Source of the DNA: a virus
DNA length: 64,000 nucleotides
IMG/VR virus record: IMGVR_UViG_3300025132_008118
Direction: 5' to 3' (one strand)
Made by a program: the position numbers and the translations under genes. How positions within the stretch are numbered: position 1 is the first letter of the stretch; each line of letters starts with the position of its first letter. A model generated the notes under the pieces. It did no database searches and was not told where the DNA came from. It saw nothing but the letters and a program-made list of their open reading frames with translations. Below, piece by piece: positions 28,366-38,532 of the stretch.

Positions 28366-29778
28366 TCATCTGTATCTTTTTACGATCTGCTCAAAACTTT
28401 CTTCGTTTGAATCAAAAGGTAAATCATCTTGCTCAGCCCCTTTTTCAGTTATATCTCCTAAACCATATGCAAATTTAAAGCTTCTTCTATTATCATTTAC
28501 ACTACGCACCGTTATTAAACCAGTTTCATTATTAATATCGGCAATTTGAAATTGACCTCCACTAGGACCTTTAACAACATTACCTACTTTATATTTTTTA
28601 GCTTGTCTTACCATTTCTTCTTTTTGAGCAGTTTCTGATCTATTTTTCTTTTTAGCATCTCTTTTAATAAATTGATCGACATTTTCAGGTTTTAAAGTAA
28701 TTTTTTTTGTAGTACCTTTAGTTTTGGTTGCCTTAGTAGGTGCACTGGGTAGTAATTTAATTAAACCAACACCATCGTCTTGAAGATTAGGTTCATTTCT
28801 AATAAATTTTTTAAAGTTATTAATTTCAGTAACATTATTTTGTAATGTTTTAGTTAAATTTTGTGCAAGTTGAGCTGTTTCACTTTCAGTTGGTATACCT
28901 AAAGCAGGGCTCTGTAAGGTATATCTAGTAAATAAATCTTTTGTTGCTTTATTCTTTGGATTAATTAAAAATTTTGTTATATTGGGTGCTGATTTACCGA
29001 GTTTTTTAAGTCTATTTTCTCCAGCTTTATTTTCAATTTCTTTTTGAGCTTCCCCTTTACCTGTTTTTTCTGCTTGACCTGTTCTAAGAGCTGCAGCTTT
29101 TTTCATACCTACATTATATATGTTTAATTCTTCTGGACTTAATTTTTGTTTTTGTGCAACTTTATCATATACAGATTTAAATAATGGATCATTAACATAG
29201 ATTTGTTTAGTAAAGTCATCTATTACACTCTGTATTTCTTTTTCAATTTCTTTTTCCTTTTCGATAGGAGCACTCCTTAGTTGATCAGCTTTTTTTAAAC
29301 CAGCATCATAAATTCTTTGATCATTCGCAGTTAACTCTTCCCCACTTAGGGATTTATCATAAACTCTTTTAAACTCAGGTTCTGCATAAACTATTTTTAA
29401 TGCTTCATCCATTTCTGGTTTGTCTATTTTTTTATCATCACCACCATCAGCTATTTTACCGATCATTTGTCTATTTTTTAATTCTTCACCTCTTGCTTGA
29501 GCTTCTGCTTTTCTAGCTTCAGCCTTTTTCATTCGTTTACGTGTAGAAAAAGGTAAATATTGACCCAATTTTCCTATACCGCTGGCTACTGCTCCAAGAC
29601 CTCTACCAGCAGCTCTTGCTGCACTTACAGTGTTATCCCCAACATTAGATCTAATAGGGGATGTATTTTCATACATTGTTTTAAATTTACCATCATTATA
29701 GACTTTTTCTAGTAGGTTATTTTCTTTTTTAAGCTTGAAAACTTTTTCAGTTTTTTCAAATAATTCTTTATCGGTCAT
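28366..29778 (-). CDS. Large helical, Lys/Glu-rich protein, probable internal virion protein
   Basis: 470 aa, Ala/Gly amphipathic stretch, internal ~43 aa repeat, TAAATA-N5-ATG. Confidence 0.5.
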   Translation of the reverse strand: MTDKELFEKTEKVFKLKKENNLLEKVYNDGKFKTMYENTSPIRSNVGDNTVSAARAAGRGLGAVASGIGKLGQYLPFSTRKRMKKAEARKAEAQARGEELKNRQMIGKIADGGDDKKIDKPEMDEALKIVYAEPEFKRVYDKSLSGEELTANDQRIYDAGLKKADQLRSAPIEKEKEIEKEIQSVIDDFTKQIYVNDPLFKSVYDKVAQKQKLSPEELNIYNVGMKKAAALRTGQAEKTGKGEAQKEIENKAGENRLKKLGKSAPNITKFLINPKNKATKDLFTRYTLQSPALGIPTESETAQLAQNLTKTLQNNVTEINNFKKFIRNEPNLQDDGVGLIKLLPSAPTKATKTKGTTKKITLKPENVDQFIKRDAKKKNRSETAQKEEMVRQAKKYKVGNVVKGPSGGQFQIADINNETGLITVRSVNDNRRSFKFAYGLGDITEKGAEQDDLPFDSNEESFEQIVKRYR

Positions 29779-29811
29779 TGAAATATTTAATCTATATGGT
29801 ATAATAGATAT
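29778..29811. promoter_or_regulatory. folE2 promoter overlapping a minus-strand late box
   Basis: Plus TTGAAA-N16-TATAAT-N6-ATG(29812); minus TAAATA (29784-29789) N5 before ATG 29778. Confidence 0.6.
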
Positions 29812-30864
29812 ATGTCCGAAAAAAATAAAAGTTATGAGTGGTTAGGTGATGATGTAAGTGAAAGTGAACTTACAGGTGAGAAGGATATTATTGCAAAAGA
29901 AATAATGGGTGAAGAATATAGTAAGAGTTATTTTCCTCCTATTAGAGTTTATGATAATAAAGTTAAAGCTGATAGAAAGTATATTTCATCGTTACCTGAT
30001 TTACAGAACGGTCCATCAAGTTTAATTCAAGGTGCTGCAGTACCTATTCAACAAGTAGGTATACATAATTTTAAGTTACCTCTTACTTATAAGAAGAGAG
30101 ATGGTAAGACTATTAATCTTGAAACTAGTGTAACTGGTAGTGTTAGTTTAGAAGCTCATAAGAAAGGTATTAATATGTCTCGTATTATGAGAAGTTTTTA
30201 TGATCATAAGGATGATCTATTTAGTATTAATAATATTAAAGATGTATTGGAGTCATATAGAGAAAATCTTAAATGCTTTGATTCGAGAATTATGCTTAAG
30301 ATTTCATATCCAATTAAGCAAACTAGTTTACGTAGTGGTTTAGAAGGTTATCAATACTACGATGTTGTATTTGAAGGTGATCTAACTAAAGATGGTGAGT
30401 TTAAGAAGTATATTCACTTTGATTTTGTATATTCATCTGCATGCCCTTGTAGTTTTGAATTAAGTGAGCATGCTGAAAAATATCGTAACCGTGCTACAGT
30501 ACCTCATAGTCAACGTAGTGTTGCAAGAGTTAGTGTTAAGTTTGATGATATGCTTTGGGTAGAAGATATACAAGAGTTATGCTTAGCTGCTTTACAAACT
30601 GAAACTCAAGTTATGGTTAAGAGAGAAGATGAGCAAGCGTTTGCTGAATTAAATGGTTCTAATCTAAAGTTTGTAGAAGATGCGGTACGTTTAATGTATG
30701 AAAAGCTTAGTAGTGAGTCTCGTATTAAAGACTTTAAGATTGTAGCTTCTCATAATGAGAGTCTTCATAGCCATAATGCTATATCAGTTATAGTTAAAGG
30801 AATTAAAGGAGGCTTTTCAGCAGGTGTTGCTAGAGATGTATTTGAAACTACCGGTTTACGTTAA
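29812..30864 (+). CDS. folE2: GTP cyclohydrolase I type IB
   Basis: LPDLQN, IQQVGI, KGINMSR, SSACPCS, HSQRS, VKREDEQ, FVEDAVR, ESLHSHNA. Confidence 0.93.
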   Translation: MSEKNKSYEWLGDDVSESELTGEKDIIAKEIMGEEYSKSYFPPIRVYDNKVKADRKYISSLPDLQNGPSSLIQGAAVPIQQVGIHNFKLPLTYKKRDGKTINLETSVTGSVSLEAHKKGINMSRIMRSFYDHKDDLFSINNIKDVLESYRENLKCFDSRIMLKISYPIKQTSLRSGLEGYQYYDVVFEGDLTKDGEFKKYIHFDFVYSSACPCSFELSEHAEKYRNRATVPHSQRSVARVSVKFDDMLWVEDIQELCLAALQTETQVMVKREDEQAFAELNGSNLKFVEDAVRLMYEKLSSESRIKDFKIVASHNESLHSHNAISVIVKGIKGGFSAGVARDVFETTGLR

Positions 30865-31145
30865 TGGAAAAGATAAAAAAATTCTGGGTAGATAGTTATA
30901 CTTCAAATAAAAAAGCATTTTATTTTGAGATTGTAGCTTTTGTTGGGGCTGTTTCTGCTTCTTTCTATTTAGCTAATACGGCAAACGATCCAAGTATGGT
31001 TTTAGTTTATCCTATTTTTTTTATAGCTGCTTTTAGTTCATCAATAGCACACTATATGAGGAAATTAGCTTTCCCGTTATTATTAACAATATATTTTTGT
31101 ATTGTAAATGTATTCGGTTTTGGACGAGCTTTAGAGATTTGGTAA
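30864..31145 (+). CDS. Small multi-pass membrane protein
   Basis: 93 aa with three hydrophobic segments. Confidence 0.55.
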   Translation: MEKIKKFWVDSYTSNKKAFYFEIVAFVGAVSASFYLANTANDPSMVLVYPIFFIAAFSSSIAHYMRKLAFPLLLTIYFCIVNVFGFGRALEIW

Positions 31146-31577
31146 TTAATCTAAATTGCCTTCAGCACTAACATCGATCAAACCGCCTAGTTTTTCAATA
31201 AACTCTTTACCGACTAATATTTTATAATCGTTACCTTCTCTTGAACCAATAGAAAATTTTGTTTTAGGATATGTTTTATCACCTATTGTAACATCAAATT
31301 CTACTACCGGTCTATTATCGATTGTAGGTTCACCATCTGGACCCGAACCAACATTTATATCTATAAATTCAATAACCGGTTTGGTTATTTGTTTATCATT
31401 AACAGTATCAAATGTAACTTCATTATTTTTATGTTGTAAGTTAATACCATGTAAGACATTATAAGCCCCATTACCGCTATCAATCTTAGCTTCAATGGGA
31501 CCTAATTCTTCAAAAGTTATAGTTTCAATTAAACCTAAAGGTTTATTAGACTCAAAGAATGTTTTAAAGGTGATCAC
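31146..31577 (-). CDS. Retropepsin-like protease (RimK-associated 'ATP-dependent zinc protease' family)
   Basis: IEAKIDSGNG, NRPVV, R...YKILVGKEF; GTG start with TAAATA-N5. Confidence 0.8.
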   Translation of the reverse strand: MITFKTFFESNKPLGLIETITFEELGPIEAKIDSGNGAYNVLHGINLQHKNNEVTFDTVNDKQITKPVIEFIDINVGSGPDGEPTIDNRPVVEFDVTIGDKTYPKTKFSIGSREGNDYKILVGKEFIEKLGGLIDVSAEGNLD

Positions 31578-31585
31578 ATTATTAT

Positions 31586-31774
31586 TTATGCTTTACCAGC
31601 ATTCTTTACATCTTGAATATCTTTTCTAATAACTTTTGTTAATTTTGCAATTTCTAAAAGAGATTTTCTTGCTCTTGTACCAGCAGCAGCTACCCCTTTA
31701 TCATTAAATTTTTGAACTTCTTCTGTAAAAATGCTAAATTGCTCAGTTAATGTATTAATATTTTCTTCATTCAT
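31586..31774 (-). CDS. Histone H1-like (Hc1-type) small protein
   Basis: KGVAAAGTRARKSLLEIAKLTK motif. Confidence 0.75.
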   Translation of the reverse strand: MNEENINTLTEQFSIFTEEVQKFNDKGVAAAGTRARKSLLEIAKLTKVIRKDIQDVKNAGKA

Positions 31775-31780
31775 ATTAAT

Positions 31781-32431
31781 CTATTTAGTTAAATGGTATT
31801 TTTTTCCAACCCATGTACTACTACAAAAATGTATACCATAAATTTCATTATATAAATCTAAATCGTTTTTAACTATAATTTTATTATGATTTAATTTAAT
31901 ATTTGGTTGTAGTTTATTATATAAATTAGTTACCATTCCTGGACCAGTCAAAAAAACGTTATCTAAATCGTTAACTATATCGATAGGTTCATTTTTATAT
32001 AAATGTTCAATTATTTTACCGATAAAGATATTTTTAGGTTCACTGTACATGCACATAGAATCTATATAAAAAGGTAAATTTTGATGATTATAATAACTAT
32101 TATTTGAATCCTGCGAAAACATGCAACATTTATCATCTAGTAAACATCTAATATCTTTAGTTAATAATACATCTAAATCTATATATAAACCACCATATTC
32201 ATATAAGTAAAAAAATCTTGCGGAATCTATCTGATTAATTTTATTATTATAATTAGAATATATAGGATAAAAATCTGGAAATTTATTTTTTATAAAATTA
32301 TTATTATCTTCATCAGTCCATAATTTAAACTCGCAATCGTTAAAATATTTTTTTAATTTAAGTTGATTTTTTTTATATTTTAAGGGTAGGAATTTACTAC
32401 TCCAACTTTGATGTATAATTTTATAATTCAT
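31781..32431 (-). CDS. GT32 (OCH1-like) glycosyltransferase
   Basis: KIIHQSW, LWTDED, DSARFFYLYEYGGLYIDLD, TGPG. Confidence 0.88.
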   Translation of the reverse strand: MNYKIIHQSWSSKFLPLKYKKNQLKLKKYFNDCEFKLWTDEDNNNFIKNKFPDFYPIYSNYNNKINQIDSARFFYLYEYGGLYIDLDVLLTKDIRCLLDDKCCMFSQDSNNSYYNHQNLPFYIDSMCMYSEPKNIFIGKIIEHLYKNEPIDIVNDLDNVFLTGPGMVTNLYNKLQPNIKLNHNKIIVKNDLDLYNEIYGIHFCSSTWVGKKYHLTK

Positions 32432-32951
32432 TTATATCTATTCTTTCTTTACCGTAAAATTTATTAAAGCCTTTTTTAGTTAAAATTTCTTTATATAAAC
32501 CTGTTTCTTTATTAAACGGAAAACAAAATATATCAGGTATTTTTCCTAAATGTTTATTAAAATCATTTAACATATACCTATTATCAGCTATAATACACTC
32601 AACACAGTCAGGAGTTTTTTTCATATGAAAATGACTATGGCACCCAACAACACAGTTATCTTGTTCATCTATATTTTTAATTTGAGACCATTTCATATAG
32701 TTGTTGTATATACCTTTACATGAGTTTTTATGTGCATCTACGCATGTAATAAAGCTACTGTCTTGTATTTCATCTTCAGGACAAACTATACCACTACTAA
32801 TAAAAAAATATTTTTCAGTATCTATCTGTAACAACTCATCTAGAAATAGATACTGAGTATATAAACCATCATCAAAAGTTAATACATAATCTTCTAACGG
32901 TAAATTTAAAAAATCTTCCGTAAATTCGTGTATCATTAATATCGGTTTCAT
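32421..32951 (-). CDS. Polysaccharide deacetylase (NodB-like)
   Basis: LTFDDG, GCHSHFH, FCFPF. Confidence 0.8.
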   Translation of the reverse strand: MKPILMIHEFTEDFLNLPLEDYVLTFDDGLYTQYLFLDELLQIDTEKYFFISSGIVCPEDEIQDSSFITCVDAHKNSCKGIYNNYMKWSQIKNIDEQDNCVVGCHSHFHMKKTPDCVECIIADNRYMLNDFNKHLGKIPDIFCFPFNKETGLYKEILTKKGFNKFYGKERIDINEL

Positions 32952-33685
32952 TTCAATTTCAATACATAATCGATTATATCACTTTTAAAATAATTTTTAA
33001 TTATTTCAGCATTATTAATAATACAATGACCGCCAATTTTACCTTTAGGAGAATTAAGTACAGGTCTAACTACATTTACTTTACCTAAAGCAGTATAACC
33101 TTTATTGTATTCAGTATTCCAGTCAGTCATAATTTGCTCATAAGGTAAATTATTCTTTTTGCACAATAAATCTACATCATTATGAAAAGCTATACACATA
33201 CCATAATATAATGTAGATAATATTTTTGACGTCTCGACAGTTTTAGTATTTTTAAAAATTTTATATTTAATTTTTAACTTTTTAAAATGTTTTTTTGCAA
33301 GTTTGAGACTACTTTTATCGTTTGCACCTATAAATTTTGTAAATGTTTTTATACTTTTATATAAATTCGGATGAGTACCAACAACGGGTGAATATACTAT
33401 ATTTGTAGTTTTAATTTTTTTTGTCGACCCAGGTAAAACTGTGCTGTGTATTATTGTTAACTTCGGGTTAAATTTAGTTATATATTTTTTTACTATATCA
33501 ACAAATTGTTCACTATATGGTATACAAATATTCATTACATTAATATCCTTAACTTTTACTAAAGAGGAATTAATATCTACAACAGTTACATTATAATAGA
33601 CGCTATTATATAACTTATGAATTGCTTTACCAATTTCACCGTTACCAACTACTAATATATTTTCCTTTTTATAGTTAAAAATCAT
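32948..33685 (-). CDS. Short UDP-glucose/GDP-mannose dehydrogenase family protein
   Basis: VVGNGEIG, IHSTVLPGST, ETSKIL, GGHCI catalytic Cys; C-terminal domain appears to be absent. Confidence 0.8.
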   Translation of the reverse strand: MIFNYKKENILVVGNGEIGKAIHKLYNSVYYNVTVVDINSSLVKVKDINVMNICIPYSEQFVDIVKKYITKFNPKLTIIHSTVLPGSTKKIKTTNIVYSPVVGTHPNLYKSIKTFTKFIGANDKSSLKLAKKHFKKLKIKYKIFKNTKTVETSKILSTLYYGMCIAFHNDVDLLCKKNNLPYEQIMTDWNTEYNKGYTALGKVNVVRPVLNSPKGKIGGHCIINNAEIIKNYFKSDIIDYVLKLK

Positions 33686-34335
33686 AACATATTAAAAATG
33701 CAAATAAATGGTTCTGCTTGTTTATATCCTGAAATACTACCATAATATAAGTCTCGATATTTTATATATTCACTACTTACAGGGTCTGGAGCTGGCTGTA
33801 ACTCAGTTGTATACTTATCTATACAATTATATTTTATTTTTACATTATCTTCAATATTATAAAATGTATTATAATTTATACCCTTAAAATTCCATTCCCC
33901 GCTACCTGGTATTGAAAATTCATATAATGCCTTAACAGGACAGTTACGTCTTGGTCTGCATGCAACTCTTACTGCTTTTGATACTAACTCGTGGTCAATA
34001 TGTACATCACCGTTATAATTTGTATAAACGGTATCAGGTTTTATTTGAGATATAATAGATGATATATAACTACTAATTGATAAAAAGGAATGCTTATCCA
34101 AACTCACATCATCATATACATGTTGTATTAATTTTGAAATACCTAAACTTTTTACATTTTCATTAAGTGCCCTTTTACGATTAACCTCTACATCAGAATG
34201 ACTACCTGGTCTATTACCTCTACATAATACACAAAGAGTAATAGTATTGGTTTTAGATAATTTAGATATAGTACCACCCATACCAAACTCTGCGTCGTCT
34301 GGATGTGCTACAATTATTAAAATATTATTATTCAT
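33682..34335 (-). CDS. PIG-L/LmbE family N-deacetylase
   Basis: VAHPDDAEFGMGGT, DVHIDH, AEPF. Confidence 0.9.
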   Translation of the reverse strand: MNNNILIIVAHPDDAEFGMGGTISKLSKTNTITLCVLCRGNRPGSHSDVEVNRKRALNENVKSLGISKLIQHVYDDVSLDKHSFLSISSYISSIISQIKPDTVYTNYNGDVHIDHELVSKAVRVACRPRRNCPVKALYEFSIPGSGEWNFKGINYNTFYNIEDNVKIKYNCIDKYTTELQPAPDPVSSEYIKYRDLYYGSISGYKQAEPFICIFNML

Positions 34336-35218
34336 TCAACATACTTTCAATTATATCCGCATTAGTATATTTAGACTTATATATCGTATTCATTTTTTTG
34401 CAACACGGGCTCCGAAATAAAATATCATCATGGTTTTTTGAGAAAATTTTATCATAATCTATTTTGTTTATATTAATATTTTTTTTAGATATATTTTTAC
34501 ATAAAATAGCTAAATCTGACATTGTTATACAATTTTCTGATGAACCTACATTAAAAATATCACCATTAAAAATATCATTTTCAATAGCAAGTCTAATAAA
34601 CTCAACAGCATCTTTTTGATCGCAAAAAGATCTAACTTGATTTCCAGAACCGTATAACTGTATATTATTATTTGTTTTTATTGCTGTTATCATTTTATGT
34701 AAAACGCCTTTATTATCTCCAACACCAGTTATATTGAAAAATCTTAGTATTAAACTATTTTGACATAACGATTTACATAAAAATTCTGAAGTTAACTTAC
34801 CAGAAGCATACCCCCATCTCGATTTATCTGGACTACCAATAACTAAATTATGACTTTCTTTGGCAGACCTTACATCATGATAAACCTCTGACGTACTAGC
34901 AAAAATAATTTTTTTATTGTATTTTTTAACTAAATTGAATACGTTTAAATTTATAGTTAACATATCATGTAAGTAAGTATCATGATTATAATCAATTCTT
35001 TCAACTCCAACAGGGCCGGCTAAATGTATTATAATATCACTAGATTTAATTTCTTCCTCTACAGCATTACTATAAAACATTAAGTCATGTTCTATAGATT
35101 TAATTGGTGTATTTTTATCTATTACTTTATCTATACCAATAATTTCTATATTTTTATATAATTTTAAAACTATAGATTTACCTAAAAATCCGTTATGACC
35201 TGTTATTAAAACTCTCAT
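34328..35218 (-). CDS. NAD-dependent epimerase/dehydratase (UDP-uronate decarboxylase-like)
   Basis: ITGHNGFLG, HLAG.VG, FASTSEVY, RWGYASGK, RFFNITG, GNQVRSF. Confidence 0.88.
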   Translation of the reverse strand: MRVLITGHNGFLGKSIVLKLYKNIEIIGIDKVIDKNTPIKSIEHDLMFYSNAVEEEIKSSDIIIHLAGPVGVERIDYNHDTYLHDMLTINLNVFNLVKKYNKKIIFASTSEVYHDVRSAKESHNLVIGSPDKSRWGYASGKLTSEFLCKSLCQNSLILRFFNITGVGDNKGVLHKMITAIKTNNNIQLYGSGNQVRSFCDQKDAVEFIRLAIENDIFNGDIFNVGSSENCITMSDLAILCKNISKKNININKIDYDKIFSKNHDDILFRSPCCKKMNTIYKSKYTNADIIESMLNE

Positions 35219-35832
35219 TTAAATAAATTTTTATTTATTATTGGGTAATCTGTAGATCTACCAGGTATATTATCGGACGTTAAATTCATATTTAATAACA
35301 ATTCTAGGCCTTTAATTGCTTCATTAGGTAATAAAGGACAGTGATAACCAATTATATCTATATTACCTATATTGCCATATTCATTATACATATTTCTACC
35401 ATCGTGTCTCGCTTTGATTAACCACTCGTATGCATCAACATTATCTGTTAATATTGCTCCTCCCCTACCAATTGGTAAATGTTTTTTAAACTGAAAAGAT
35501 ATACAATGAAACGTATTTTCTATATACATATTTTTTGTAAAGTTTTGAGCTGAATCAATAATAGGTGTATTTTGTAATTTATATGAACCGATCCATTTAT
35601 AATCTACTAAGTTTAGTTTATAACCAGCATTTATTATTTGCATCGGTACCGATATATACGTTCTACTGGGTATTGTTATTGTAATATCTTCATTGTTAAT
35701 AAATTTTTTATAATATACTAATGATAAAAAAATTGCATTGGTACAGCTATCAACAGCGACAGCATACTTACTACCGGTATAATTACAAATAGATTCTTCA
35801 AAATCTTTTACACATAACCATGGGTTACTCAC
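35215..35832 (-). CDS. Short DegT/DnrJ family aminotransferase
   Basis: VDSCTNAIFL, IIDSAQ, SFQFKKHLPIGRGGAIL; 205 aa. Confidence 0.82.
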   Translation of the reverse strand: MSNPWLCVKDFEESICNYTGSKYAVAVDSCTNAIFLSLVYYKKFINNEDITITIPSRTYISVPMQIINAGYKLNLVDYKWIGSYKLQNTPIIDSAQNFTKNMYIENTFHCISFQFKKHLPIGRGGAILTDNVDAYEWLIKARHDGRNMYNEYGNIGNIDIIGYHCPLLPNEAIKGLELLLNMNLTSDNIPGRSTDYPIINKNLFK

Positions 35833-35847
35833 AATATTAATTATATA

Positions 35848-36474
35848 TTATATTTTTGGAATTTCAATATTTATATTACACATATGTGATATATTTTTTA
35901 TTGTATCTGTCTTTATATTAATATATTCATAAACTATATTAGTATCATTAATACATTTAATAGTCTGATCTAAAAATTCATCTATATATATAAAATTAAC
36001 AGTATTATTTAAATCTATAGAGTTAATCATACCTCTTCTTAATCGTTTCATTAAACCTTTTATTTTACTTTTATGATATACCCGAGGTATTCGTAATATT
36101 ACATAATTGTCATTAGTACTAGTAATATAATTTTCCATAGCTAATTTACAATTACCATATGCATATCTAGTATCCTTTTCGTATATACCCATAGTGCTAG
36201 CAAATATAAACTTACTTTTTGTTTTATTTGCTAGATCTAACATATTACAAGTACCATCGATAATAGTAGTAACTACTTTATTACTATCTTTTAAGTCTTC
36301 AAAATCAGTAGGAGATGCTAAATGAATGATTGTATCAATATCTAAATTATCTGTAATTGGTAATCTTACATCTTTATTATATGCAATAACATCATTATGA
36401 ATTGATAAAGCTTTATATAAATGTTTACCTAAAAACCCGTTACTACCGGTTAATAAAATTTTTTTACCATTCAC
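35848..36474 (-). CDS. NAD-dependent epimerase/dehydratase
   Basis: LTGSNGFLG, HLAS, FAST, YGNCK (YxxxK). Confidence 0.85.
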   Translation of the reverse strand: MNGKKILLTGSNGFLGKHLYKALSIHNDVIAYNKDVRLPITDNLDIDTIIHLASPTDFEDLKDSNKVVTTIIDGTCNMLDLANKTKSKFIFASTMGIYEKDTRYAYGNCKLAMENYITSTNDNYVILRIPRVYHKSKIKGLMKRLRRGMINSIDLNNTVNFIYIDEFLDQTIKCINDTNIVYEYINIKTDTIKNISHMCNINIEIPKI

Positions 36475-36952
36475 AATTATCCCACCCTAGTCTAATAAAA
36501 CATGTACCAGTTTTATCTTTTAATTTATTTTTTATATACCTTATTAAACCACCTCTTGTAGTAGGTGTATGGGTTTCTATATTTAAAGCTTTACAAAGAG
36601 CAATATCATCATCAATTAAATGACCTCTACCAGCGTCAGTATAACAACCATTATGTCCGGAATTTATAAAAATAATTTTACCTTTATATTCAGCCCAATT
36701 TTTTACATTCAATTTAATTTGTTCATAGGCTCTATGCAATATCATACCCGATACTCCATATACAAAAACCGTTTTACCTTGACTAGCAATACCAGATGCT
36801 ATATTTACAATATTAGGTTCTTGAATACCGCAGTCAATGACATTACCTGGCATTCTATTTTTAAAATAATCAAAATGCCACATATCACCATGTATTAAGT
36901 AGATGTCTTTTTTATGTAATTTACCCAAAAATCTGTCTATAGTATTTCTCAT
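36464..36952 (-). CDS. Transketolase-like, pyrimidine-binding subunit
   Basis: NVIDCGIQEPNIVNIASGIA, RAYEQIK, GRGHLIDD, FIRLG. Confidence 0.85.
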   Translation of the reverse strand: MRNTIDRFLGKLHKKDIYLIHGDMWHFDYFKNRMPGNVIDCGIQEPNIVNIASGIASQGKTVFVYGVSGMILHRAYEQIKLNVKNWAEYKGKIIFINSGHNGCYTDAGRGHLIDDDIALCKALNIETHTPTTRGGLIRYIKNKLKDKTGTCFIRLGWDNCEW

Positions 36953-37610
36953 CTATTTTTTTATAATGCCACTCTTTTATATTTTTCTCCATAAAATCTA
37001 CCCCATGCCCTTTAATTGTATCAAAGAATATAATTGTAGGTTTATCAAATTTAAGTTTATTTAATATGAGGTCGATTTTATCGTTATTATGACCGTTACA
37101 GCGATAAACATTCCAGTTATATTCTTTACAAAAATTTATTACTGGTTCGATATCTATCAATAAATTACCACATCGTTGTGATTTATTAAAGTCTACAGTA
37201 CATAATATATTTTTTATTTGTTTAGTGCCGATATACTGTATAGCCTCTAATGTATTACCCATTTGTAATACCCCATCACCTATATTAACCCATACAAGCT
37301 TTTGACTAACATGAGCAATACCCGAACCTACACCTAATGCATCGCCAAGTATGTCTATTGAAAAATCTAAAAAGTCTACATCATTATTTTTTAATGAAGT
37401 AGATATATTGTTATAATCATCAATTAAACCATATTTTTTCCATATATAAAAATACGATTGAGCTCCATGAGGTTTACCTATAACTGTATGATTTTGTTTA
37501 GATAAAATTTTATTATAATACAACCTATCTAAGTAGTTTAACATACTAAGAGCAGATGGTATATGAGAAAGATCATTTTCATATGATAGTTTTATTATAT
37601 CATTTTCCAT
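36921..37610 (-). CDS. Transketolase-like, ThDP-binding subunit
   Basis: SHIPSALS, GDGVLQMG...EA, DFNKSQ, CNGHN, TIKGHGV..ME..WHY. Confidence 0.85.
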   Translation of the reverse strand: MENDIIKLSYENDLSHIPSALSMLNYLDRLYYNKILSKQNHTVIGKPHGAQSYFYIWKKYGLIDDYNNISTSLKNNDVDFLDFSIDILGDALGVGSGIAHVSQKLVWVNIGDGVLQMGNTLEAIQYIGTKQIKNILCTVDFNKSQRCGNLLIDIEPVINFCKEYNWNVYRCNGHNNDKIDLILNKLKFDKPTIIFFDTIKGHGVDFMEKNIKEWHYKKIDEKYYRQIFG

Positions 37611-38532
37611 TGTTAATTTTACTTTGAATTATATCAGTTGCGTTATATTTTTTTATAAAGTTTGTAAATTTTTCTTTAGTTTTAAAAAAGGAAGACTTAT
37701 TGTTAATAACATACTTAAGAGCTGCATTATTTTTTTCACTAAAATCATTACCGGTTATTAATTCATCACCACCGCAGTTAAAGTTATAGAAAAACTCATC
37801 TGGCTTCATTTTACCAGTTACACTATTTGTATTCCACTTTTTATCTAAAGCAGTTACTTTAATATCATTAATATATAATAGATAATTAATGGCAAAGTGA
37901 GATAAAACACCCCCCGCATTTAATAGTTCATTATGTTGTAAGTTAGTTACTTCACGGAGGAAAGTTATTTTATCATATATTTCTTCCCATGTTATATGAC
38001 CATTAAACAAGAACGTATTCATAGTCTCTCTATCAAACATCATAACACCACCAGATATTGCATCATTTACATAATATCTTAAAAAATCTAAACTAACATC
38101 CCTACCACATACTTCTTTTACAAATTCTGGTAGCAGTAGATTATCTTTTCCGTCTAGACCAGGGGTAGATACATATTCATTAAAATCAGACCTTGTATTT
38201 ATAATAATATGTTTATCGGTAAAACCAGTTTTCCATTTATATGCAGTAAATTTATCTTTACTATAACTTTCAAATATATTACTACTGTTTAAGGATATTA
38301 AAACATCCCAATCAATATATAACATTTTATCATATTTAGATTCTGCAAATTCTTTATAAGCCTCGTATACGGTAAAAACTGGAGGATTATAATTTTCATC
38401 GACATCCATTATTTTAAAATCACATTTACATTTTTCGGCATACGTCTTTATTAAATCTATATGTAGATCTAAAAATTTAGGTCGTTTATCAACTGGGCAT
38501 GAAAAACATGTGTATATTATATTATTTTGCAT
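37600..38532 (-). CDS. GT-A glycosyltransferase-like protein
   Basis: YDKMLYIDWDVL, SGGVMMF, LDKKWN. Confidence 0.6.
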   Translation of the reverse strand: MQNNIIYTCFSCPVDKRPKFLDLHIDLIKTYAEKCKCDFKIMDVDENYNPPVFTVYEAYKEFAESKYDKMLYIDWDVLISLNSSNIFESYSKDKFTAYKWKTGFTDKHIIINTRSDFNEYVSTPGLDGKDNLLLPEFVKEVCGRDVSLDFLRYYVNDAISGGVMMFDRETMNTFLFNGHITWEEIYDKITFLREVTNLQHNELLNAGGVLSHFAINYLLYINDIKVTALDKKWNTNSVTGKMKPDEFFYNFNCGGDELITGNDFSEKNNAALKYVINNKSSFFKTKEKFTNFIKKYNATDIIQSKINNGK

